Positions 37,291-49,700 of a stretch of 64,000 nucleotides of DNA are shown piece after piece. The notes below the pieces were generated by a model, which was not told the origin of the DNA, did no database searches, and saw nothing but the letters and a program-made list of their open reading frames with translations. Within the stretch, counting starts at the first letter, position 1. Each line of letters starts with the position of its first letter. Made by a program: the position numbers and the translations under genes. Source of the DNA: Antedon mediterranea (Eukaryota > Animalia > Echinodermata); contig NC_092675.1 in NCBI RefSeq assembly GCF_964355755.1, forward strand, positions 4,583,812-4,647,811, in the 5' to 3' direction.

Positions 37291-37915
37291 AGACCCCTTC
37301 CCTGCAATTTTGGACGTTTTTTGGAAAATAATACATATATATCACTTTAAAAACATTAAACCATGTCATTCCTTGTCTTAAATGTACGTTTTATGGTAAA
37401 TTTTGATAAAAAGTGAGAAACATGCACTACCTAAGTAGCTCGCGGCGATCGACCTCTCGTGGACGGTCTTAGGCCTAGCCTAGCTAGGCTTAGTTTTGTA
37501 GGCCTAGCTGGTAAACATCGATAACGTACGAACATCGTACGCTAGCTATATACCTAGCCTGACGTTGTATAGTTGCTGCATTAATTGTCTTTCTATTTTT
37601 GCCAGACTCCGTTGATACAAATTGGGGTAAACCCGGTATTTTCGCTGAAAAGTTAGGAGTCTTCCATTTGTTTTGGCTTCACGATCGATCGAAAAGTGGG
37701 CGAATTACAGGTGAAAAACAAAAATATCAATCCGCACGCAATGCATTTTGGGATTTATAGCGGGCCGCTATAATTATAAGAATCGATTTATTTTTCACAT
37801 TTTTAACCGTTTAAAGACGAAAAAAGTTATCGCAATAGGACCATATAGTATTATTTTTACATTAAATATAGTTTGTGATTTTAAATTAGATCTAAAAAAC
37901 GTAGGGAATGGGGCT
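37291..37915 (-). mobile_element. Kolobok-like MITE family 1, copy 2 (625 bp, inverted)
   Basis: TTAA TSD on both sides; reverse complement of 17260-17886 with few differences. Confidence 0.9.
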
Positions 37916-38423
37916 TTAAAGATAACATTTTATCATGGTAGAATACAATGATGTTTTTTCTGCTGTGAGAATTAACCAGTTTTTGTGAATAAATCACCTG
38001 TTTTTTGTAACCAGAGGATAAAATGTAACCATTTATTGTGTCAAAATATTTAGGTAGTAAATTAAAAAAACAACATTCCCTACTATTGAACATTTGAAAT
38101 CCCAGAATTGAAAAATTATTATTTTAATATCATGAAGGTATAACTATAATATAACAATGTTGTTTTTGCTGTTAAAGGAATTGTCCTTTTAATTAAGGGC
38201 TATAGGGCACTTTTACTCAAAACTTATTTATGCAAGTTTACTCATTTATGTACTTTTTTCATCAACTCCCTATATTTTAACAGATTTGATGATATAAGAG
38301 AGATACCTGTGAGAAGTATAAGATTGGTAAATTACCCCTTCTTTGCTGTTAAAAAGGAATCTGAAATTGTTCCTTTTAATTAAGGGTTAGGGGACCCATT
38401 TATGTATCTTTTCATCAACTCAC

Positions 38424-38770
38424 TGTATTGTCTCCCTAAAACATGAAAAATGAAGATTAATTAAATCAGACTTTGAATATGTAATTTTGTAGTTTTAATA
38501 AAGTTAATCACTTCCATAGAAAACAAAAATAAAAAAATAATGTTTTCACTTATAAATTGACAAAATAAATGGTAAAATTCAACCAAAACCCCACTGGCTG
38601 GCAGCCAATTTGACCATTTTTTGCTTTAAATTACAGTTTTTTCAGGTACGGTAAATACATTTTTTTTCGATCCAATTTTTGGTCAAAGTGGATAACTATT
38701 ATGTTACATTAAAATGGCATATTTAACAAAAATGTTGTTAAGAATTATATTTTCAGGGGGACAATACATC
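38424..38770 (+). mobile_element. Kolobok-like MITE family 2, copy with eroded termini
   Basis: Colinear with 46452-46776; TIR remnants TGTATTGTC.CC / GGGGACAATACATC. Confidence 0.8.
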
Positions 38771-38958
38771 AGGTTTGATGTCAGAAATAAGTTTGGTAAA
38801 TTACCCCTTCTGTAGCCTCATGGAATGCAATGTTCCTTAACCCAAGTGTAAACTAAGCTTTAATGGGGCAAGATATTGTAAATGAATGAACCAATGAATA
38901 CTTGATCATTACTTTCAAATATTATTAAGCCTCTCATACTATTTTTTAAAAGGTGATA

Positions 38959-39275
38959 GTGAGTGAGTGGCCGAGCGGTTAAGACAGTGGAACCGTAATT
39001 ACGTAGCCATAACATCGGCAGGGGTTCGAGGCTCACTCACTCCATGGTTCTGGTGGTAGAACGAGTCTTCTCGGATAAGGACTATAAACCGTAGGTCCAG
39101 TGTACACATCTAGCTCGTGTGCACTTTAAAGAACCTAGTACATCTTTCGAGACGAGTAGGGGGTTACCCCGGTGTATTAGTACATCACAGCCACTGATCA
39201 CCAACTGGGCCCTCTGGGAGACCAGTCTTGGACTGAAGAGGTTACCCAGTATAAATATAAATTTCAATCAATTCA
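38959..39275 (+). mobile_element. Full-length tRNA-derived Deu-domain SINE
   Basis: A box TGGCCGAGCGG, B-box-like GGTTCGAGGC, Deu-like core TAAACCGTAGGTCC...TTAAAGAACC...GAGTAGGGGGTTACCCCGGTGT, (TCAAT)n tail; four related copies in the window. Confidence 0.9.
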
Positions 39276-40078
39276 TATATGACCCCATTTTTCTGGCTAC
39301 AGTGTTCGATTAAAATGATAATTTATTTTTATATTATACCTTCAATTCAGGTGCTAGACACCCATTCATTTCTAATTTGTATCTATAATTTATCTTACTG
39401 TAATGATATATTCTGTCTAATTATAAATACTTATACTAATTTAGTGTAGGCTACCATGTGAATTTTTTTGTGTAAGATATCGAATAAAATATCTTTTTGT
39501 TATTTTTTATGATTTTTAATCTCAAAAGTATTATTTATTTCTCTTATTAATATGGGTAATTCAATGAGGTTGTCAGTCAATGAATTTTACATTAAAATTG
39601 ATTATTTTTTATAGTATAAATCAATCAGGTACATACATACATAATTCTAAAATGTATAGAATACTGCACATTAAAACTATTTTAACATTAATGTTAATAG
39701 TACTAGCAAGAAATAAAAAGGCAATTGAAATGTTGCCTTAATAATAAATACATTGAACATTCACTAAGTGAGACTTGTGCATCTTTCTAGCATGTAATCA
39801 TTCGATATTAGGCATGTAAGACCTATTGGTAATATGCGGTAATCATTGAACTGGGAAAGACTTTAATTATCGACTGAGACTGAGAGAGTGAGAGAGTCTT
39901 GATTGGTATTTATTGATTATCATCATTCTGGTGGGATTGAGGAACATCATTGGAGTTATGGTATAGATTCTAAGCAGATTGTCATCATCTGCATTTTGAG
40001 GTTATATACAGCAGCAGATAGTGATGGGGTTGTGCACCCTTTCTTCTCAAAATAAATACAAATTACAATGATTTATTA

Positions 40079-40797
40079 GGGTCCGTTTCTGCTGAAAAAA
40101 TCAAAATAATCAATTTTTTCCAGTCACCGCAAACCACAAAAATAATCGCGTTGCAATTGAAAATTGCTACGACTTTAATCGGTCATTCAGGTAATCGGTT
40201 TTTAAAATCACGTCATCATTTCCCCACAGCGCAGTTCAAGTTATGGAAGGCCGATGAGAGTTGGTTTGTTTACATCCTATCGCTGCCTAACTCTCACATT
40301 AAATTAAAAATTACTCTTACGTAAAGCTATATTATTTGTAAAATAAACATCTAGGCCTACTACCGTATCACATACAACGGAATAATGATGTTATATTAAT
40401 AAGGACACGTCGGCGAGAAAAGTTCGTTTCGCTGTTCGTTGGTTCTACCTCCGGCCTGCTAGTAGGACTACAATATATATAATAATGTAAGTTCTATACC
40501 ATTGTTTTACTTTTACATGACACATCTTGTGGTTTAATGACAAAATCATTCTGAATGAAATAAGTTTCATTGTTTTAAAACAGACAGGACTTGTTTGGCT
40601 TAACAAACTTGTATTCGAACTTATTCCAGATAGACAAAGGAAAATGTTTTGTTTTCTCTTGATAATAAAAAACAATTCAGTCATTATGCAATCAACAATG
40701 GAACTTTGCAATCAGGAATATATTTGTGGTCAGGATTTATTACATCATTGTAACGCTATTAATTTAATTTATCATCCATACTTGACAAACAAACCTT
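40079..40797. mobile_element. Possible Harbinger-like MITE, CpG-rich left half
   Basis: TTA|GGGTCCGTTT ... AAACAAACCT|TAA degenerate ends. Confidence 0.3.
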
Positions 40798-41741
40798 AAT
40801 TCCGCCTCAACCACTCTGCTAGAGGGAAGTTAATAATCACTGTCTCTATTAGATTTGGGCTTTTGGCTTATTTAATTCACCTTTTGATAAAATGGTTCAT
40901 TCCATGAAATACCCTGGCTAATGATACACTAAACCTATGATGTGAGCAGTCATGCATAGATTGTGTATTTTTCTTTAAAGAATGTAAGACAGGACTTGGA
41001 ATGCATACCTTTACAATGACATGAGCCTTGGTCTCACTTCAGCAAGTGTCAATAAGTACTATTTATATTCCATTCCAGGACTTTTATCTCTGTGTGGACA
41101 GACATTTGTACAATTTTGTCAGTTTCACCTTGCTTAAATGTGTGTTTTTATCAGATTCACCTTGTATGAGAAGGTTAGGTTCACCTTGGAGATAATGAAC
41201 AGCTAACATGGATGTAACAAGGTGCCATTTATATATCTGATCTCTCAAGAATTGGTAATAGTTGGTGTAAGGTGCTTTTCTGATCTGGTACATACACAAG
41301 ACTCTGTACATTGATTATCTCAAATCCAGTGTATCTTTTACTATGGGATATTCACAGTATCATATATTGTACACGTTATAAAATAATGGATATTACGCAG
41401 ATTCTGTCTTAGCAAAAGTCTCTTGCATTTAATTTAATTGTTACACAGAAACATTGTTTGAACAGTGACCATATGAATCCAGTATTTTCTTTTTCATAGG
41501 AAGTGATCTTATCTGTTTTACTTTTGAACATCAAAGAATTTAAACAGCAAACTGAATTTGTTGAACGAGCTTTTATTAGCTAAACTTTGTTTTTTCAAGA
41601 AAGAGGTGGTTTGTGATACCATTTTTCTATCTAGGCTAATGTAGCTAAGAATTTGTTTATGCTTTTACAAAGAAGTCTTAGAGATCTGAGACTGATTTTT
41701 TTTGTATATTTCAATATTGAGAACCAGTTGTGATTGCTTTC

Positions 41742-41831
41742 ATGATGGAGGACATAAATAAAATGACCAGAGTGAGATTTCTTATGGAAAAACTCGATAT
41801 AAATCAGAACATCGAAGAACATGAAGAAATT
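41742..41831 (+). CDS. RASGEF1: Candidate alternative first coding exon C of RASGEF1: MMEDINKMTRVRFLMEKLDINQNIEEHEEI
   Basis: 30 open codons from ATG to ATT|gtaagt in phase 0, in frame with 62841; TATAAAA at ~41377. Confidence 0.6.
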
Positions 41832-44523
41832 GTAAGTAACCCAAAACAAAGTTTTATCTTTGCAGGTTGTTAGTAAGCACTAATGTCTATAGGGTCAAAT
41901 TCTCCCAGATTCTAATTGGTGGACAAACATGACCCTATTAATATTATAGATAGTGTTAAAAAAGAAAGTCTTACAGTATAGGTGTGAAAGTTTATTAACA
42001 CACAGAAAGAAACTAGGACAAACTACATATATAAAGCCTATAAAACATTTATACAAGATAGTAAATATATATTACGAAATAGTAATAGTATAGTTTAGTT
42101 TACTTTGTAGTTTCAAAATAACATTAAATTCAACATCAGCATTTTGAAATATCAACACTGCATTTTGAAATTATTTAGAATGTAACAGTTTACATATGTT
42201 CTTCAACATTAATGTGGATTACAAAACATAATTGTGCTGTCTGTATATGTACAATAAAATTGTACTAAATTTAGTCATATAGTGGGTCATTCACTCTGAC
42301 AATAAATAAGTACAAAGATAGCTATTTCTTACTTTTATAGTTTGATTTGTGTTTATAATAGATTGTTGTATTTGTTATACAGTAGTGTAAATTAAATCTT
42401 ACGTATGGTTGTGCTTTATGTAAAGTTTACCTGGCAATCACAACCAATCAAGTTTTGACCAATACATCATTGTGGGCACTTTTCCTTTGTCTTATCTATT
42501 TTACTAATTTTAGATACTACTGTAACTTACAAACTAATTGACTTGCAGAGTTTGGATAGAATTTACAAATTGTTGATCTGGAATTTCCCTCCTGCTAGGA
42601 TTTGTAATTGATATTTTGTGTGTTAATATAACATTACATTCCTATTTATAGGGTTCTAGACTTAAAAATAGTTCATTATTAAGTATTACCTTGCTAATGT
42701 TTTGGCAATTAGACCGCTGGTAGTATGCTATTTAAAATCAACTATCAATGACCCTAGGATGTAAAGACTGTGATTTATTATCTTGCTATATTCATTGTTT
42801 ACTGTAGTGGATTCTGAGAGTCTTGTGTTTAAACACAGCAACAATGGTCTCATTTGTTGATTTCCACATTTTTACAGTTCGCTTACAAAAACTGAAATAA
42901 AGACAATTGATAGTGATATCACACTTTCTTTCTACTATTTTCAATGTTCTTTGTTTGTTTGTTTGTGTATTTTTTTTGTGATAACAGTTAAATGGTTAGT
43001 ATTTAATAATTGTTTTACCTAGTTTATAGCTTCCCACCCAAGTTAATTTTCACTTAACACCTACTTTACAAGCCTCTTGTCATGTCAGAGTGTACAGTAC
43101 ACTATTATAGTTCTTGCCACCCATGCTGAATATGGCATCAACCATCCCTACTGTATGAACTTTCACTCCCTATAAAATTCAGACTCAAATGAAGAGTAAG
43201 ACCCATAATAAACAATTGGACATTTCAATACTGCCACTGTCAACTTATTGTTTTTTACTATTCACCTTTTTTATAGTTTTGATAACAGGATGTTGATTTG
43301 ATTGATGTTAAATATTGACCATGTTTAGTATACTGTCTCATTAACTTTACTGTACTAATAAACACACAGATATTTATTGATATATTTTTTTGTGTTGAAA
43401 AATGCTGAATGTGCATAATGTCTACTGTTTTCATTCAACAAATTAAACAATTTAAAAGATAATTTATAAATGTGTTGGTATAAGTAAATAATAAATTTCA
43501 TCCTGATGTAAATTCTGGGTAACTTTAATTTGAAATATTCATCGTTAATAATTTAGGTGTTTCATTGAAATAGTATTCTATTTTTGTGTCTTCCTTACTG
43601 GTCGTGTAATTATGATATCATTGTAGTACTAGAGGTGTAATGTACTAAATTATTTATATGCAAATTTTACAGTTTGTTCAGAATATTGATGTGCTGTACA
43701 TTTTACATCCTTTTTAGTTTTCCTAATCAAGGCAGTAACCATTGATCTGTGATCTAGCTTGCTTAAAGTTTGCAATGATTAATCTTATACATGATAAAAA
43801 AGAGAAAAATTATATATGAATGAGGAGACTGTATAATAAAAATTATTACTCCATGGTATAAATAAGCAGGGGAGACCTGGAGGAAAATAGGGAATACCAT
43901 GGTAGGATAAAGTCTCAGAGCCTATGCCCAGACCCAGGAAAATAGACAAGATCATTTTAACAAACTCCTGAATAAATCTTAAATTTCTTAAAATGAAGAT
44001 AGTACAGTAGCAAAACAGTTCTTTCACTTCTTCGCTTCTACATTTATTTTTTGTGTGTTGTGGCATGAACCAAGCTCCTACACATATCCACTACCCATTT
44101 AACACAAGTTCACAAACCTCAATTAGAAAACGAAAGACAGATGTTATACAGTAGGGTGAAAGCAATCAAAGTCCATAAGGAATAGTAAACACAGACCAGG
44201 AATATCTATTTAGTAACTAGTTACCAAAACCTTTAGACACAATAGCTTGTTTTCCTGTTTAGTGTTTGATATTTAGCTGTGAATTGCTTGCTTTTTATCA
44301 ACAGGGGACATACAGACCAGGAAGTACTTGGGATGGGCAGTTCTAGATTCGATTGATTAAAACATAGTTTAAATACATTAGTGAGATGCTATACTATATC
44401 TCTGTTGAATATGAAATTATACTTAGAAAAACACTTGATTACAGTTCTTACTTTGTATTGTTTGAAACATTGACATTTTCAAGCTTGATATTGTCCTGAT
44501 AAATAGACATAGAATATACGGTA

Positions 44524-45171
44524 TTCAATGCCTAGTGTATCTTCAATGCCTAGTGTATCTTCAATACCTAGTGTATCTTCAATGCCTAGTGTATCTTCAA
44601 TGCCTAGTGTATCTTCAATGCCTAGTGTATCTTCAATGCCTAGTGTATCTTCAACAATACCTAGTGTATCTTCAATACCTAGTGTATCTTCAATGCCTAG
44701 TGTATCTTCAATGCCTAGTGTATCTTCAATGCCTAGTGTATCTTCAATGCCTAGTGTATCTTCAATGCCTAGTGTATCTTCAATGCCTAGTGTATCTTCA
44801 ATGCCTAGTGTATCTTCAATGCCTAGTGTATCTTCAATGCCTAGTGTATCTTCAATGCCTAGTGTATCTTCAATGCCTAGTGTATCTTCAATGCCTAGTG
44901 TATCTTCAATGCCTAGTGTATCTTCAATGCCTAGTGTATCTTCAATGCCTAGTGTATCTTCAATGCCTAGTGTATCTTCAATGCCTAGTGTATCTTCAAT
45001 GCCTAGTGTATCTTCAATGCCTAGTGTATCTTCAATGCCTAGTGTATCTTCAATGCCTAGTGTATCTTCAATGCCTAGTGTATCTTCAATGCCTAGTGTA
45101 TCTTCAATGCCTAGTATATCTTCAATGCCTAGTGTATCTTCAATTCAATGCCTAGTGTACTGTATCTTCAA
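44524..45171. repeat. Highly homogeneous minisatellite, 18-bp unit TTCAATGCCTAGTGTATC, ~35 copies
   Basis: Directly visible; few variant units, mostly near the ends. Confidence 0.97.
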
Positions 45172-46005
45172 TATGGGTACTGAATTATTAAATATCACGC
45201 TCTCAGTCCCTTTAATATATTTAAATATTTGTTAATTAGTATTCTTGCTTTATTCAGTAAATTATTTAATTTGGATGTTTAATAAACAATCTTTATAATA
45301 TTATTTTACAAGACAAACAAGACAATTCATTTATATTTGTATATAAACACAGAAATTATTATTTTTATATTGATTATTATAGCAAAAAATGGCAGAGGAT
45401 TCAATATTCAAGCGAATAATGTCCTAATTTCCATAATTTCTGCTCTGTTTAGCACTCTACTGCAAGTTGTAGCTTTTTATAATGTCTTTTTAATGATGTT
45501 ACATGTCTTATAAATCATTTACAACATGCACAGCTCCTATGCTAATGAAATATATGTACAGAGTTATGGAGCCCACATCTCAGATACATGTTCTAATTTG
45601 AACTCAAAGTGCGACCAGCCTGAGCTTATTAAATTGCAACAGTGCATACAGTCTGTGTGAAACACAGGCAATAACTTTACACCTTGGTCGGACAGATCAG
45701 TAGCGAGCCAATAAATACTTCACACATTTACTATTTTTGTTTTTGACACTGCTAAATTAAAATTATCTGTCAATTTTAGGGCAATGAACTTTTGTTTATG
45801 AAGGGAAGAATACTGATTTGGTAATTTTTCCAAAATATGTTATTTGTAAAATGATATGAATTTGTATTGAACCACTCAATACTGTACAGAAAAAGAATAA
45901 GGGTAGTAAAATAAAAATTACCTGAACTATTTAAAAATGTCTAAAAACACTCTAATTCTCTTAAAAATTGCTGTATTGTATACTGTATGTATTCATTTGT
46001 CATTT

Positions 46006-46324
46006 TGAATTGAATTGAAATTTATATTTATAGTGGGTAACCTCTTCAGTCAAAGACTGGTTTGCCAGAGGGCCCAGTTGGTGATCAGTGGCTGTGATGT
46101 ACTAATACACCGGGGTAACACCCTACTCGTCTCAAAAGATGTACTAGGTTCTTTAAAGTGCACACAAGCTAGATGTGTACACTGGACCTACGGTTTATAG
46201 TCCTTATCCGAGAAGACTCGTTCTACCACCAGAACCATGGAGTGAGTGAGCCTCGAACCCCTTGCCGATGTTATGGCTATGTAATTACGGTTCCACTGTC
46301 TTAACCGCTCGGCCACTCACTCAC
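46006..46324 (-). mobile_element. Full-length Deu-domain SINE (inverted relative to 38959)
   Basis: Near-identical reverse complement of 38959-39275. Confidence 0.9.
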
Positions 46325-46451
46325 ATTTGATGGAATACAACAATAAAATCATTGCAGCCATGATGTACAGTACAGTACACATTATACACTACTAGTATTA
46401 CAAAGAAGATTATACATTCGGCGCCATTTTCAAAATATTTTTCAACTTTAA

Positions 46452-46776
46452 AGATGTATTGTCCCCCAAAAACTTGAAAAATGAAGATTAATAAAATCAG
46501 ACTTTGAAAAGATTATTGTAGTTTAATAAAGTTAATCACTTTCGTAGAAAAAAAATTGAATAAATAAATGTTTTCACACCATTCAACCAAAAATTCATTG
46601 GCTGGCAGTCAATTTTACTATTTTTGCTTTAAATGACAGTTTTTTAGGTAAATAAATTTTTTTTTTCGATCCAATTTTTGGTCAAAATGGATAACTATCA
46701 TGTGACATTAAAATGGCATATTCAACAAAAAATTGTTTAAGAATTATTATTATTTTTTTATGGGGACAATACATCT
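46452..46776 (+). mobile_element. Kolobok-like MITE family 2 (325 bp)
   Basis: TTAA TSD, perfect TIR AGATGTATTGTCCCC / GGGGACAATACATCT. Confidence 0.9.
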
Positions 46777-49700
46777 TTAAGTTTGAATTGAAATTTTAAA
46801 TGTTTATTCCAAAGTTGTCCAATTGTTTTTGTGCTCTGTTTGTCACGTACAGTATACAAAGTAAAAATGAACAAAGCCATGTTTTATGTACTGTAATCTT
46901 GTAGTAATCATGATTTAGTATCAGTTTTCATCTTTCTCATAATTTAAATCGCTTTGAAAGGCTTTGTTATTGTAAAGTAATCAAGCATGGTAGTGTTTTA
47001 AGAAGCTTTACAAAGTTTAAATGATCTAGTGTTGATTCAATGGGTGTGAAAAATTTAAACTTATTAACAATACTTGCTATTACATTCCTTGAATACAGGT
47101 TTTACCAAAATGGTTGAAATGCAAGATATTTTGGAGAAAAAAAATATCCTGCCGTGCTGGCAATTATACCTTTATTACTGACAAAACATCTAATTAATAA
47201 GAAATCAAACGTGGAAAGTAGCTAGTGACTTAAATTTAGGTTAAATTTTAGTAGTTTTTATTGAAATCATTTTTATATGATTTATGATATACCTGTATAT
47301 ACAATTAATTTTCTCAAAACAGAACACAGAGAAACTTATGCAAAACTTAATCGGTTATGTTATTGTTAGTTCATTTTGTAAATCAGATTTCAACCAGTGT
47401 CATTTAAAAAAAAAATTAGAACAAGAAAACAAAAAACAACACCAAAACAAAAATGCTTCTTTTCATAAATGAATCTAGAGATAGTAATGATTATTAAGCT
47501 TATTTTGAAGCAGATTCTTCAATAATATGTCACTTTAAATTCAATAACTTTTATCATCAACCATTGATGGATCATGTGACCAACACCATTATTGTTCCAA
47601 CTCACATAATCACATCACTCAATGTTTTAAGATGCGATTCAGATATGAGTCACCAATGATGAACCATATTAAGTATGCATCTTACATTTACAGTACATGT
47701 GAAATGAAATCTTTTTCCAAATTAAGAAATAATTAAATCTTCTGTATGTTTGTTGCAGTCAGAGTCAGTTTTTATTAATTTGCTTTTTTAATCCTTTTAT
47801 CCTGAAACTGAATTACAGTAAGACAGGCTAATATAATAAAGTAATATGGCTGAATTTAATTATTATATAATCAGCTTTGTTTAGCTTACTACAAAAAGGA
47901 TGGTTTGTTCATGATTTAAACAACATGACAGCATTAGAGAGCATTGCGTTTAGAAAAATGTTGATTTAATAGAAAATGTTCTGAAGCTATTTGTGATATA
48001 GAGAGTTTTAGTTTGCCAGTGTTGCTGCACTGACAGTCAGTGCATTGCCAAATTATAGTTATCACTCAATATCATTAATCAGGTGTAGTGTTATTTAGGT
48101 CTCTATGTTAATCAAGCGTGGTGTTGGAGTTGCGTGAAATATTAATGGAATTGACGCTTAATGGACGGTTGTTTACTTGAGGTCAATAACTTGCTCCAAA
48201 ATCAGATGAATTTGAAACATCAATTATTAATAATTAGTTGAACAGTGCCCTCTTTTCAGTGAAAAAAATTAATGTCTATCCTAATATACTGTAGAACTGC
48301 GATTATAGTAGGTGATATTGATAAGGGTGGGTGAATGATTGGATGGGAGGTGTCAAGAATGTTTAAATAGTAAGCCTACTGTAAAAGGAGCTTCTTAGGT
48401 GGGAGGATCTTAAGAAAATGTTTTACACTGGAGGGAATGTGATGTACCTCCTACTTCTTTTTAGTACAAACCTATATATCCTTGTAGTATTTCTAAATAA
48501 TATTTTAGCCTTATTTTACCACAGTCTCTTGCCCATCAATGTTCGTTCTTTTCTGTCTAAATGCTGAAAAAACTTTACAAAACTTAGAATTTTTGTAACA
48601 GATGGCCACTCTAATTTTAAGTCCAATTAAAGTGTGACTAATCTGAAATTGATTTGAAAATCTTCATTTTATTCTGAGATCATTGTGACATTAATTTATC
48701 ACTGACATTGTTGCCTCTGGGAATTACAAAATAAATGTAGCATTAAATTGTTGAAAGTAATAGTTGTAAATTTCTGTTAAAACTGTTTTGATAAATTTAA
48801 ATATTAATATGTTTTTAACAAGAAAATGAAACTACCGTAGAAATGGATATTTCTCCAATAGTTATCATATGCTGAGAATATTTTCTACAATAGTCTCATC
48901 GCAACCATGCAATTCATTGTCATTAATAATAATCATTGAGATTATTAAGAAATAAATTACTTAAATCAATTCAGTATAGAATATTAACATATTAAACATT
49001 ATTAATATTATATGTCAATTGTACTCCATTAGGTTTATAATAATTATTTGGATAGTAAAGTTAGACTCCATTTTCACTTTAGGTATTAGCGAGCCCGAGG
49101 CGGGCTCCAAGCCAACAGTATACAAAAATTGAAGAGAGATTATACCAGCGATGTAAATTATAAATTCCATTTCGATGATATAATTATTATGTTGAAGTTC
49201 AGGTGCTTATTTGATTGCAGTTGTTTATTTATTTAATACTTGGTTTTCTTGAAAGAAGGGTTGGACTAAGTCACATATAGGGTTGTTCTGGCAAATGCAG
49301 GTATAAAGATGGTTGACGTGGTGGATGCTACTAATCGTTTAAAGACACCAACACAACTAATATAGTGTGTTTACTTCATCTTCCAGCATCATTTAAATAT
49401 CACTATGAATTGATAAACTAGATCTTCTTAAGAAAGCAATTTTGTACTGTATTCACTTATAAGATAAACTTTGACCATTTGAACTTATGTCTCAGGGGTT
49501 GGAAGACAGGCTTTCTTAATAAAAACAAATTAAGCTACATACATAATATGTTACCAAGTATTCCCAGCTCAAAATAATATAGAGTAGCCTAGCCTTTTCA
49601 TCTTTGCCCTTTGGTTGTTCTTATATAGAGGGAGCTCTTTATAAATTACCATATTCTTTTTGTGTGTGGTGGTGGTACAATAAATAATTGTATACAGTTC

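Noticed and set aside
38959-39045. tRNA gene-like sequence (also 46240-46324 and 56398-56470)
   Set aside because: These are heads of SINEs that continue into core and tail regions; the cloverleafs are degenerate.
44528-45235. 235-aa and 206-aa repeat ORFs
   Set aside because: Arise from an 18-bp minisatellite lacking stops in two frames; no splice or homology support.
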